From contig CP126532.1 in assembly GCA_030167145.1 (NCBI GenBank), positions 2,370,001 to 2,402,000 of the forward strand: a DNA stretch of 32,000 bases, written 5' to 3'. Of the stretch, positions 24,776 through 32,000 are shown one piece after another; position 1 is the first letter of the stretch, and each line of letters begins with the position of its first letter. The DNA comes from Ktedonobacterales bacterium. Its GTDB lineage: Bacteria; Chloroflexota; Ktedonobacteria; Ktedonobacterales; JADMIN01. The position numbers and the translations under genes were made by a program. Under the pieces are notes generated by a model that worked only from the letters and a program-made list of their open reading frames with translations, had not been told where the DNA came from and searched no databases.

Positions 24776-26383
24776 CTACACGCCGACCATCTCGGCGACC
24801 TCGCGTCGGGGCATGGTCTTGCCTTTGATGAAGTCGGCGGCTTTCTCGGCGATCATGATCGTCGGGGCGTTGGTGTTGCCGCCGATGATCTCCGGCATGA
24901 TCGAGGCGTCGGCTACGCGCAACCCTTCGATGCCGCGCACGCGCAGCCGCGAATCCACCACGGCCAGCGCGTCGTTGCCCATCTTGCACGTGCCCACGGG
25001 ATGATAGAGCGTCTCGGAGCGGCGGCGAATGTAGGCGGCGATATCGCCATCGCTGCGCGCGCCAGACCCCGGCCACACCTCGACGCCACGGTAGGCATCG
25101 AAGACGGAGGTGTTGGCGAGCATACGCGACATTTCAATGCCAGCCATCAGCGTGCGCAGATCCGCCTCGTCGGCGAGATAGTTGGCACGGATGGCGGGCT
25201 GCTCGAAGGGATTGGCGGAGCGCAGGGTGATGCTGCCTCGGCTGCGCGGGCGCAGCAACGTCGGCCCGAAGGTGAAGCCGTGGCCGGGCGGGTTGGCGAA
25301 GCCGTGCTCCATGTAATAGGTCGGGGCAAAGTGGAATTGGAGGTCGGGCGCGTCTACTCCCGGCGCGATGCGTACAAACGCGCCCGCTTCGGCGACGTTC
25401 GAGGTAAGCGGGCCGCGCTTGAAGACAAGATAGTTGACGAGGTTGGGAGCGCTTTCGGCGCTGGCGAGGCTCACGGGCTGTGTGCTGGCGTAGTTCACAG
25501 TGACGGCGGGGTGGTCCTGGAGATTCTGCCCGACACCCGGCAGATCTAAGACGATGGGAATGTTCAGCCTGCGGAGTGTGTCGGCGGGGCCGATGCCGGA
25601 GAGCAGCAGCAGTTGTGGCGAATTGACCGCGCCGCCACAGAGGATCACTTCGCGCTCGGCGTGCGCGCGTTCGAGCTGGTCGCCATGAGCGTAGATGACG
25701 CCGGTGACACGCATGCCTTCGGTCAGCAGGCTGCACACCTGGGCCTGCGGGATGACGGTCAGGTTCGGGCGCTTCATCGCGGGCTTCAAGTAAGCGTCGG
25801 CGGCGCTCCAGCGCTGCCCCTGCTTTTGCGTCACCTGGTAATAGCCCGCGCCATCCTGCTCGTAGCCGTTGAAATCGTCGGTGCGGCGCATCGTGCCGTT
25901 GGCGGTGGCGGCCTCGACGAAGGCCCGCGAGAGCGGACTGAGGTAGCGCAGATCGGCGACGTTCAGCGGCCCGCCGACACCGTGATAGGCGGACGGACCG
26001 CGCTCCTGGTTCTCGGACTTCTTGAAGTAGGGCAGGACATCCTCATAGCCCCAGCCGTCGTTGCCGAGCGAACGCCAGCGGTCATAGTCGCGCCGGTTGC
26101 CGCGCATGTAGATCATCGCGTTGAGCGAACTGCTGCCGCCGTAGACTTTGCCGCGCGGCCAGTACATGCGGCGGTTGGCGGCGTGTGGCTCTTCTTCGGT
26201 GTAGAACGCCCAATCGTAGGGGGTCTTGAAGAGCTTGGAAAATGCGGCAGGGACGTGGAGTTCTTGCTTCTGGTCTGGTCCGCCCGCTTCGAGCAGCAGC
26301 ACATGGGTGTCATGGTCCTCGGTAAGGCGGTTGGCCAGCACACAGCCCGCCGACCCGGCGCCAACGAGGATATAGTCGTACAT
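24776..26383 (-). CDS. GMC family FAD-dependent oxidoreductase (choline dehydrogenase-like)
   Basis: MYDYILVGAGSAGCVLANRLTED (Rossmann GxGxxG), GGSSSLNAMIYMRG, and a C-terminal HPVGTCKMG...VVDSRLRVRGIEGLRVADASIMP. ATG 26381-26383 follows aaggag. The rest of the 845-aa listed ORF upstream is read-through of non-coding and antisense sequence. Confidence 0.9.
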   Translation of the reverse strand: MYDYILVGAGSAGCVLANRLTEDHDTHVLLLEAGGPDQKQELHVPAAFSKLFKTPYDWAFYTEEEPHAANRRMYWPRGKVYGGSSSLNAMIYMRGNRRDYDRWRSLGNDGWGYEDVLPYFKKSENQERGPSAYHGVGGPLNVADLRYLSPLSRAFVEAATANGTMRRTDDFNGYEQDGAGYYQVTQKQGQRWSAADAYLKPAMKRPNLTVIPQAQVCSLLTEGMRVTGVIYAHGDQLERAHAEREVILCGGAVNSPQLLLLSGIGPADTLRRLNIPIVLDLPGVGQNLQDHPAVTVNYASTQPVSLASAESAPNLVNYLVFKRGPLTSNVAEAGAFVRIAPGVDAPDLQFHFAPTYYMEHGFANPPGHGFTFGPTLLRPRSRGSITLRSANPFEQPAIRANYLADEADLRTLMAGIEMSRMLANTSVFDAYRGVEVWPGSGARSDGDIAAYIRRRSETLYHPVGTCKMGNDALAVVDSRLRVRGIEGLRVADASIMPEIIGGNTNAPTIMIAEKAADFIKGKTMPRREVAEMVGV

Positions 26384-26563
26384 GCCAGTCTCCTTGCAGA
26401 TACAGTGGGTGCGCCCACGGCCATCACTGGCCAGCGCACGGACGATAGGGCATGAATGCCCCTCCATAAGCCAATACTTCAGTCCGGCGGGGGTATTGGG
26501 AACGTTCCCAGGCAGTATGGTCAAATCGAGACATCTCTTGCCATCGCTCCCGTTTTCCCTGCC

Positions 26564-26592
26564 TTGACGTATGCCTGCCAGGCGCCTATACT
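26564..26592 (+). promoter_or_regulatory. Near-consensus sigma-70-type promoter with no downstream + strand gene
   Basis: TTGACG (26564-26569), an exact 17-nt spacer, then TATACT (26587-26592). It lies in a 418-nt gene-free gap. It could be a chance match in 32 kb, so confidence is moderate to low. Confidence 0.35.
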
Positions 26593-26801
26593 GGTCGCTG
26601 TGAGTCCAAGCCGCCTCTGCGGAGACGAAGCACCCGAGGACTCCGAACGTAGTCCCGAAGGCCGCAAGGCGACAGGATAGAGGCCGTTGTAGTTCGGCCT
26701 GCGTGACGGTTTCGGCCGGTTCATGCGGACCACAAGCACAGGCAGTGATGTCTATGCTGGCGGATACTATGCCGCAAGTATCCGGCCACGGGCTGAGGGG
26801 G

Positions 26802-27554
26802 TCAGGCGTCGCGCAGGAGGAGGCTGAAATCGCCGAAGGTATGTTTGCGCGCGCCGGGGTCGAAGGGGAACGGCGCAGAGGTGGAGCGCCCGGCGAGTGC
26901 GTCATCCAACGCGGTGAGCAGACGCCGGGCGAGCGCGGGCTGCTGGCGCGGCTCCTCGTGGCCGCCGCAGAGCGCGGTCGCACCGCTGGCGGCGAGCCGT
27001 TGGAGCGATGTGCGCCAGTGGTCAAGGTTGGCGTCGTCGGTCTGCATCCAGAGGGTGCCCGCGTAGCAAGTGTCGCCGCAGAAGAGGTAGCCGGTCTGGG
27101 AGTCGAGGAAGCTGGTGTGGCCGGGGGAGTGGCCGGGGGTATGCCAGATGGTGAGCGTGCGCCCGCCGAGGTCGAGCACGTCGCCTTCGTTGAGCGCGCC
27201 GGTGGGTGGGGCGCGGCGAATCGTGCCGATGCCCTCCACGTCGTAGGCTTCGGTGAGCCGGGGCGCTTCGATGGGGTGGATGAGGCGTTCGGTGAAGAGG
27301 TGCGCGCCGCCAACGTGGTCCCAATGGCTGTGTGAGCAGAGGGTGAGCAGTGGCTTGCTGGTGAGGGTGCGGCAGGCGGCCATCACGTCGCCGAGGCCCA
27401 TGCCGGAGTCAATCAACGCGGCGCGGTCGTGTCCATCAACGAGATAGAGGTTGACGACGCCGACATCGTAATCGGGGACGACGCGCCCGATGGGGTCTTG
27501 CAGCGCCCATACGCCCGGCGCAAGCTGCTGGATGGCGAACCAATCGGTATGCAT
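26802..27554 (-). CDS. MBL-fold metallo-hydrolase
   Basis: Motifs LCSHSHWDHVGG (HxHxDH), HTPGHSPGH and CGDT. ATG 27552-27554 lies 6 nt after aaggggg. The listed TTG start at 27575 is less likely. Confidence 0.8.
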   Translation of the reverse strand: MHTDWFAIQQLAPGVWALQDPIGRVVPDYDVGVVNLYLVDGHDRAALIDSGMGLGDVMAACRTLTSKPLLTLCSHSHWDHVGGAHLFTERLIHPIEAPRLTEAYDVEGIGTIRRAPPTGALNEGDVLDLGGRTLTIWHTPGHSPGHTSFLDSQTGYLFCGDTCYAGTLWMQTDDANLDHWRTSLQRLAASGATALCGGHEEPRQQPALARRLLTALDDALAGRSTSAPFPFDPGARKHTFGDFSLLLRDA

Positions 27555-27628
27555 GTGCGCCCCCTTAGCTGGCAAGATTCATGGGCATCTTCAGTTGTAC
27601 GCATTGTGCGTACAACTCACTGATTCTA

Positions 27629-28057
27629 TCACTGGATGCGAGTGAATTTCGTTGGAGTGATGCGGATCGCCTGGGTGTAGCTTTTGGCCATGTGCGCGGC
27701 GGTCCAGCCCATGTTGGCGAGGCGTTCGGCATATTTGGCGGCGTATGCGGGCAGTTCTGCTGTGACCACGCCATCGGGCAGCAATTCGGCCACGCCCTCG
27801 ATGGTGACGACGTCGTCGCCGATGTTGGTGCCATCAAGCCCCAGCGAGACGGCGGGCTGTGCGCGCAGGTTGCGCACCTTCTGGTTGGGCTTGCTAAAAA
27901 TCAGGATAGTCTCGCCCTCCCAGAGAAACCAGACGGCTACCTGATGCGGACGGCCATCGGGGCGAGCGGTGGCGAACCATACGATCAGGTCGCTCTGAAG
28001 CCGTTCGGCGATATGCTGGTGGTCGGGGTTGGTGGGATCCAGGCGTGCGGGTTCCAT
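27629..28057 (-). CDS. Pyridoxamine 5'-phosphate oxidase family protein (possibly F420-dependent PPOX class)
   Basis: LIVWFATARPDGRPHQVAVWFLWEGETILIFSKPNQKVRNLRAQPAVSL fits the split-barrel PPOX pattern. ATG 28055-28057 follows gaggagga. Confidence 0.65.
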   Translation of the reverse strand: MEPARLDPTNPDHQHIAERLQSDLIVWFATARPDGRPHQVAVWFLWEGETILIFSKPNQKVRNLRAQPAVSLGLDGTNIGDDVVTIEGVAELLPDGVVTAELPAYAAKYAERLANMGWTAAHMAKSYTQAIRITPTKFTRIQ

Positions 28058-28233
28058 CGTTCCTCCTCTTCGGCATGCGGCGCTGCTCCGCTCCACGCTA
28101 TCTGAACGGAAGTGTAGCACATGGGTGTATGCCTGGCTCGCCACGGTATGCAAAGCGCCCACTAACTTCTATTATGATGTATAGTAGGCGACAGGTTCTG
28201 GCACGTGAGCAGACTCATAGAATGGAAGGCGCA

Positions 28234-28866
28234 ATGGCAGACAGCACACCACGCCCACGAATTGCCCACCTCAGCCATCTAGTCGTGCGCGCCGCCGCAT
28301 TCGTCCTGCTGCTGGCCTTGGGGGCATGTGGCAGCACAGGGCAGGCTTCCCAGTCAGCCACGACATTCACGCCAACGCTTGCGACATCCACCAGCCCAAC
28401 GCCGCTGCCAGTGGATTGCCCTGACGCTGGCCAGCCTGCAATCGGACCGGATGCGCACCTGCGGCTGAATCCAACGAGCGGACCAGTGGGAACAGCGGTA
28501 ACGGTCGAAGCCAGCGGCTTACAGGCGGGGTGCCATCTGCTGCTCGGTCTTGTGGTTGGTCCGTCGCTGGCGGAGACAGGTGGCACGCCTATAGCCGCGC
28601 CGAGGCAGGCAGACGAGGCTATCCAGTGGATCGCGGTCGCAAGCGATGGCACGGTTCACACCACCTTCTGCGTCTGCGCGGCGCTGCCAACCTATACTGT
28701 TGGCGACGTTGGCGACTCGTCGTATACCAGTGTCACTCCGGTGGCTGGGCAATCCAATGTAGGCGCATATGGCCCGCGCCCTGGCGACTATTTCTTTATC
28801 ACCGTGGCTGGGGCTGGCATCCCCAATCCGCCGCCGCTCTACAGCAAATTCACGGTTATGCCGTAA
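28234..28866 (+). CDS. Hypothetical lipoprotein
   Basis: Signal and lipobox: RAAAFVLLLALGAC. ATG 28234 follows ggaagg. ATG 28222 is an alternative start. No family recognised. Confidence 0.5.
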   Translation: MADSTPRPRIAHLSHLVVRAAAFVLLLALGACGSTGQASQSATTFTPTLATSTSPTPLPVDCPDAGQPAIGPDAHLRLNPTSGPVGTAVTVEASGLQAGCHLLLGLVVGPSLAETGGTPIAAPRQADEAIQWIAVASDGTVHTTFCVCAALPTYTVGDVGDSSYTSVTPVAGQSNVGAYGPRPGDYFFITVAGAGIPNPPPLYSKFTVMP

Positions 28867-28968
28867 CGGGAAAGCGGACGACTACGGCTGATCGCTCAGT
28901 CTGGCTGTGTGTGGATACTCTGTGGGGGCACCGTGCAACATCACCCCACCCTCCCGCGTACAACGGGC

Positions 28969-31185
28969 ATGAGCACCACCGAACATGACGTCAAGACGTC
29001 TACGATATTGCAACTGACCGTCGTCGAAGGGCTGACCGTGCCGCGCGGCGCGGCCTGCGTCGGGCTGGCGGCGATGGCCGCGCTGGAATGCGTGCCCGGC
29101 GACGTGATCGAGATTACCGGAGTTCGCACCACAGTCGCTCAGGTCAACCTGTGGTCCGCCGTGGAGGGGCAACCCGGCGCGAGCGCAGGAACAAACAGCG
29201 CGAATGGCGCACAGACCATCGCCATGGATGGGCTGGTGCGCCAGAACGCGGGCGCGGCGCTGGGCGCGGCGGTCGGTGTGCGGCGGGTTGTCGCGGCACC
29301 GGCGATCAGTGCGGCGCTGGTGCCAGTGGCGGGCGCGGGCAACCTGAACGAGGTGGAGCTACGCCATGTGGCGCGCTCGCTGAAGGCGCTGCCGGTGGTG
29401 GCGGGCGATCTGGTGCGTGTGCCGGGGCTAGGTCTCTCAGCGCGTGAGTTTCAGGTGCTCGCGACCAATCCCGCCAGCGCCGTCGTGCTAGACATCGGGA
29501 CCAGCCTGCGCATCCAGCAGCGCGGCGCGGCTGTTGCCCCGCGTGCCAGCGTCATCACCTATGAGGATGTCGGCGGCCTGGGGCACGAACTGCACCGTAT
29601 CCGCGAGTTGATCGAGCTGCCGCTGAAGCATCCCGAACTCTTCGACCGGCTGGGCATAGAAGCGCCCAAGGGAGTGCTGCTCTACGGGCCGCCGGGGACC
29701 GGAAAGACGCTGATCGCCCGCGCCGTCGCTGCCGAGAGCAGCGCGCGCTTCTTCAGCGTCAGCGGCCCCGAAATCATAGACAAGTTCTACGGCGAGAGCG
29801 AAGCGCACCTGCGCCGCGTCTTCAACGACGCGCAGAAGAACGCACCGAGCGTGATCTTCCTGGATGAGATTGACGCCATCGCGCCGAAACGCTCTGAGGT
29901 CTGGGGCGACGTGGAGAAGCGCGTCGTCGGGCAGCTATTGACGCTGATGGATGGACTCAACGCGCGTGGGCAGGTGATCGTCGTCGGCGCGACAAACCGC
30001 CCCGATGCGCTGGATCCCGCGTTGCGCCGCCCCGGACGCTTCGACCGCGAGATTAGCCTGCACGCGCCCGACCAGCAGGGGCGGGTCGAGATTCTGCGTA
30101 TCCACAGCCGCGATATGCCGCTGGCGCATGATGTGGAGCTTGCCGAAATCGCGCGCATCACGCCAGGGTTCGTCGGCGCGGACCTCGCCGCGCTCTGCCG
30201 CGAAGGCGCGATGGCCGCACTGCGCCGCACCTTCCCGGAGGCGGTGCTGACCAGCGCCAGCATCCCCACCGAAGACCTGCTGGCGCTGACGGTGACCAGC
30301 GACGATTTTCAGGACGCGCTCAAGGGTATCGAGCCGTCTGCCGCGCGTGAGGTAGCGGTGGATGTGGGCCGCATTGCGTGGGATGAGGTCGGCGGGCTGG
30401 AAGACGCGAAACGCACGCTGATCGAGCTGATCGAATGGCCGCTGCGCTACCCCGACATCTACGACCAGATGGGCCTCGATCCGGTGCGTGGCGTGCTGCT
30501 CGCTGGGCCGCCGGGGACCGGCAAGACGCTGATCGCCCGCGCGCTGGCTACGGCCTGCCAGGCAAACTTCATCAGCGTGAAGGGGCCGGAACTGCTCTCG
30601 AAGTGGGTCGGCGAATCCGAGCGCGGCGTGCGCGAGACGTTCCAGCGGGCGAAGCAGGTTGCACCATGCGTGCTGTTCCTCGATGAGATGGATGCGCTTG
30701 CGCCGCAACGCGGCCACGCCTTCGACACGGTCTCGGACCGCATCATCGGGCAATTGCTCACCGAGTTAGACGGCATCGAAGGGCGGCGCGGCGTGATCGT
30801 GGTCGGTGCGACCAACCGCCCGGAACTGATAGACCCTGCCGTGCTGCGCTCTGGGCGCTTCGACCTGACCCTTGAACTGCCACTGCCGGATCGAGACGCA
30901 CGTAAGGCAATCTTCGCCATACACACCAAGCGCCGCCGTCTCGCGCCCAACGCCTCGCTCGATACGCTGGCCCGCCGCACCAACGGCTTCAGCGGCGCGG
31001 ACATCGAGGCCACCTGCCGCCGCGCCGCCAATCTCGCCCTCTCCGAATGGCTGCGCGCGCGTATGACGGGACGCGCTGGCCCGCCCACAGTGGAGACGTT
31101 GTCTGCGACGCCCAACGCCGGCCCGCAGATCGAGATGCGCCACTTCGACGCCGCCATCGGCGAGGCGAAACAGCGCGAAGTGTAA
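28969..31185 (+). CDS. Cdc48/p97/VCP-like double AAA+ ATPase (N-domain plus D1 plus D2)
   Basis: N-domain: LQLTVVEGLTVPRGAACVGLAAMAALECVPGDVIEITG. D1 Walker A is GVLLYGPPGTGKTLIARAVA, Walker B is VIFLDEIDA, and it contains GATNRPDALDPALRRPGRFDREI. D2 Walker A is GVLLAGPPGTGKTLIARALA, Walker B is VLFLDEMDA, and it contains GATNRPELIDPAVLRSGRFD. Start at ATG 28969. Confidence 0.9.
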   Translation: MSTTEHDVKTSTILQLTVVEGLTVPRGAACVGLAAMAALECVPGDVIEITGVRTTVAQVNLWSAVEGQPGASAGTNSANGAQTIAMDGLVRQNAGAALGAAVGVRRVVAAPAISAALVPVAGAGNLNEVELRHVARSLKALPVVAGDLVRVPGLGLSAREFQVLATNPASAVVLDIGTSLRIQQRGAAVAPRASVITYEDVGGLGHELHRIRELIELPLKHPELFDRLGIEAPKGVLLYGPPGTGKTLIARAVAAESSARFFSVSGPEIIDKFYGESEAHLRRVFNDAQKNAPSVIFLDEIDAIAPKRSEVWGDVEKRVVGQLLTLMDGLNARGQVIVVGATNRPDALDPALRRPGRFDREISLHAPDQQGRVEILRIHSRDMPLAHDVELAEIARITPGFVGADLAALCREGAMAALRRTFPEAVLTSASIPTEDLLALTVTSDDFQDALKGIEPSAAREVAVDVGRIAWDEVGGLEDAKRTLIELIEWPLRYPDIYDQMGLDPVRGVLLAGPPGTGKTLIARALATACQANFISVKGPELLSKWVGESERGVRETFQRAKQVAPCVLFLDEMDALAPQRGHAFDTVSDRIIGQLLTELDGIEGRRGVIVVGATNRPELIDPAVLRSGRFDLTLELPLPDRDARKAIFAIHTKRRRLAPNASLDTLARRTNGFSGADIEATCRRAANLALSEWLRARMTGRAGPPTVETLSATPNAGPQIEMRHFDAAIGEAKQREV

Positions 31186-31266
31186 CGCCCCATACGAGAA
31201 TCCGAGCGCCCCACCGCACCCAGCCACGGCGACCGCCGGATGTCCCTGCGTGCTGCAAATGGCGCG

Positions 31267-31275
31267 TGGTAGAAT
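31267..31275 (+). promoter_or_regulatory. Extended -10 promoter-like box upstream of the lyase gene
   Basis: TGgTAGAAT lies about 124 nt upstream of ATG 31399. No good -35 element. Pattern match only. Confidence 0.3.
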
Positions 31276-31398
31276 ACAGGTTGGCCGCGCGAGCGTCGCG
31301 GGCGTCCGGCAGATGCCCCTACATATGCCCATAGACGATGGTTCGCGCGGCGCATTCTGGCATCCGGCAAGCAATGTGGCTTCAGGAGAGATAGTTCG

Positions 31399-32000
31399 AT
31401 GACGACTTCAGATGGCGAGCAACGGGCCGTGCGGATGGAGCACGATTCGCTGGGCGATGTGGCCGTGCCCGCGAGCGCGCTCTATGGCGCGCAGACGCAG
31501 CGCGCGGTGAATAATTTCCCGATCAGTGGCATGCGCGCGCATCCAGCGATGATCCAGGCAACGGTGCTGGTGAAGAAAGCCGCCGCGCTGGCGAATATGG
31601 AGACGGGACGGCTTGACGAGCGCATCGCCCGCGCTATCGCGCAGGCGGCGGACGAGATTCTCGCTGGGCAGTGGCACGAACATTTCGTGGTGGACGTGTA
31701 TCAGGCGGGCGCGGGCACCTCGCACAATATGAACGCGAATGAGGTGCTGGCCAATCGCGCCATCGAGCTGCTTGGCGGCCAGCGCGGCGACAGCGCGATG
31801 GTCCATGCGAACGACCACGTGAACATGGCGCAGTCCACCAACGACACCTTCCCCACGGCGATGCGCGTGGCGGCGCTGCTGATGATCCGCGAGACACTTC
31901 CCGCGATGGAGCGGCTGGCGGAGGCGTTCGAGGAGAAGGGGCGTGAGTTCGACGGCATCGTCAAATCGGGGCGCACGCACCTGCAAGACGCGACGCCGAT
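31399..32000 (+). CDS. Aspartate ammonia-lyase / class II fumarate hydratase family lyase (5' part, runs off the window)
   Basis: aggagag RBS precedes ATG 31399. The translation is MTTSDGEQRAVRMEHDSLGDVAVPASALYGAQTQRAVNNFPISG...VDVYQAGAGTSHNMNANEVLANRA...QSTNDTFPTA...KSGRTHLQDATP. The GAGTS.NMN and QSTND blocks lean towards aspartase, while GRTHLQDATP leans towards FumC. This ORF is not in the supplied track because it has no stop in the window. Confidence 0.85.
   Translation, partial: MTTSDGEQRAVRMEHDSLGDVAVPASALYGAQTQRAVNNFPISGMRAHPAMIQATVLVKKAAALANMETGRLDERIARAIAQAADEILAGQWHEHFVVDVYQAGAGTSHNMNANEVLANRAIELLGGQRGDSAMVHANDHVNMAQSTNDTFPTAMRVAALLMIRETLPAMERLAEAFEEKGREFDGIVKSGRTHLQDATP

Noticed and set aside
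26590-26800. Assigning the structured gap RNA to SRP (4.5S), 6S, RNase P, tmRNA or a cobalamin/SAM riboswitch
   Set aside because: None of the diagnostic strings I know are present on either strand: GGAAGCAGCC/GGUCCGGAAGG for SRP, GGAAAGUCCGG for RNase P, the tmRNA tag ORF and tRNA-like ends, or the B12 box. It is kept only as an unclassified candidate.
26384-27313. The 845-aa listed ORF 24776..27313 as a single giant GMC protein
   Set aside because: The upstream 310 residues are Ala/Pro/Arg/Ser-rich low-complexity sequence that reads antisense through the MBL hydrolase gene and the intergenic gap. A strong RBS and ATG at 26383 start the canonical Rossmann fold.
28969-31185. Calling the Cdc48-like ATPase part of a proteasome or Pup operon
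   Set aside because: No prcA/prcB, pup, dop or pafA-like ORFs lie within the window, and there is no HbYX C-terminus. The association cannot be supported here.
1-32000. CRISPR arrays, tRNA/rRNA genes, integrase or recombinase genes, and recognisable multi-gene defence systems
   Set aside because: No regularly spaced direct repeats, no tRNA T-arm (GGTTCGA-type) context and no tyrosine/serine recombinase or Y1 transposase motifs were seen. The only nucleases are the intein endonuclease, TnpB and the DUF1016 protein, each a stand-alone gene.

Overview
High-GC (about 65%) bacterial chromosomal segment. The taxon cannot be fixed from sequence alone; the gene style fits a Chloroflexota- or Actinomycetota-like organism. 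About 25 protein genes are supported, with no rRNA, tRNA or CRISPR array seen. Core genes: a dynamin-like GTPase, aconitate hydratase, two convergent ECF sigma/anti-sigma pairs, metG, tag, ridA, an MBL-type alkyl sulfatase, a histidine phosphatase, an MFS transporter, a GNAT, a GMC oxidoreductase, an MBL hydrolase, a PPOX-family protein, several lipoproteins, a two-ring Cdc48/p97-like AAA+ ATPase, and the 5' part of an aspartase/fumarase-family lyase. The window carries several selfish or decayed elements. (1) acnA is interrupted in frame by a 517-aa LAGLIDADG intein inserted exactly at the GCTTC|IGNSG Fe-S ligand motif; this is the top finding. (2) A tnpB-only IS200/IS605-type element with matching subterminal hairpins sits between metG and tag. 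(3) A lower-GC ~1.2 kb insertion carries a single PD-(D/E)XK (DUF1016/YhcG) nuclease gene. It is flanked by a perfect 49-bp direct repeat that duplicates the 3' end of tag. (4) A decayed higB-higA module. Additional regulatory candidates are a strong intrinsic terminator plus a Met-rich mini-ORF in the metG leader, an orphan near-consensus promoter with a structured gene-free region, and several perfect palindromes. All calls come from reading the sequence and ORF translations by eye; no database search was run.
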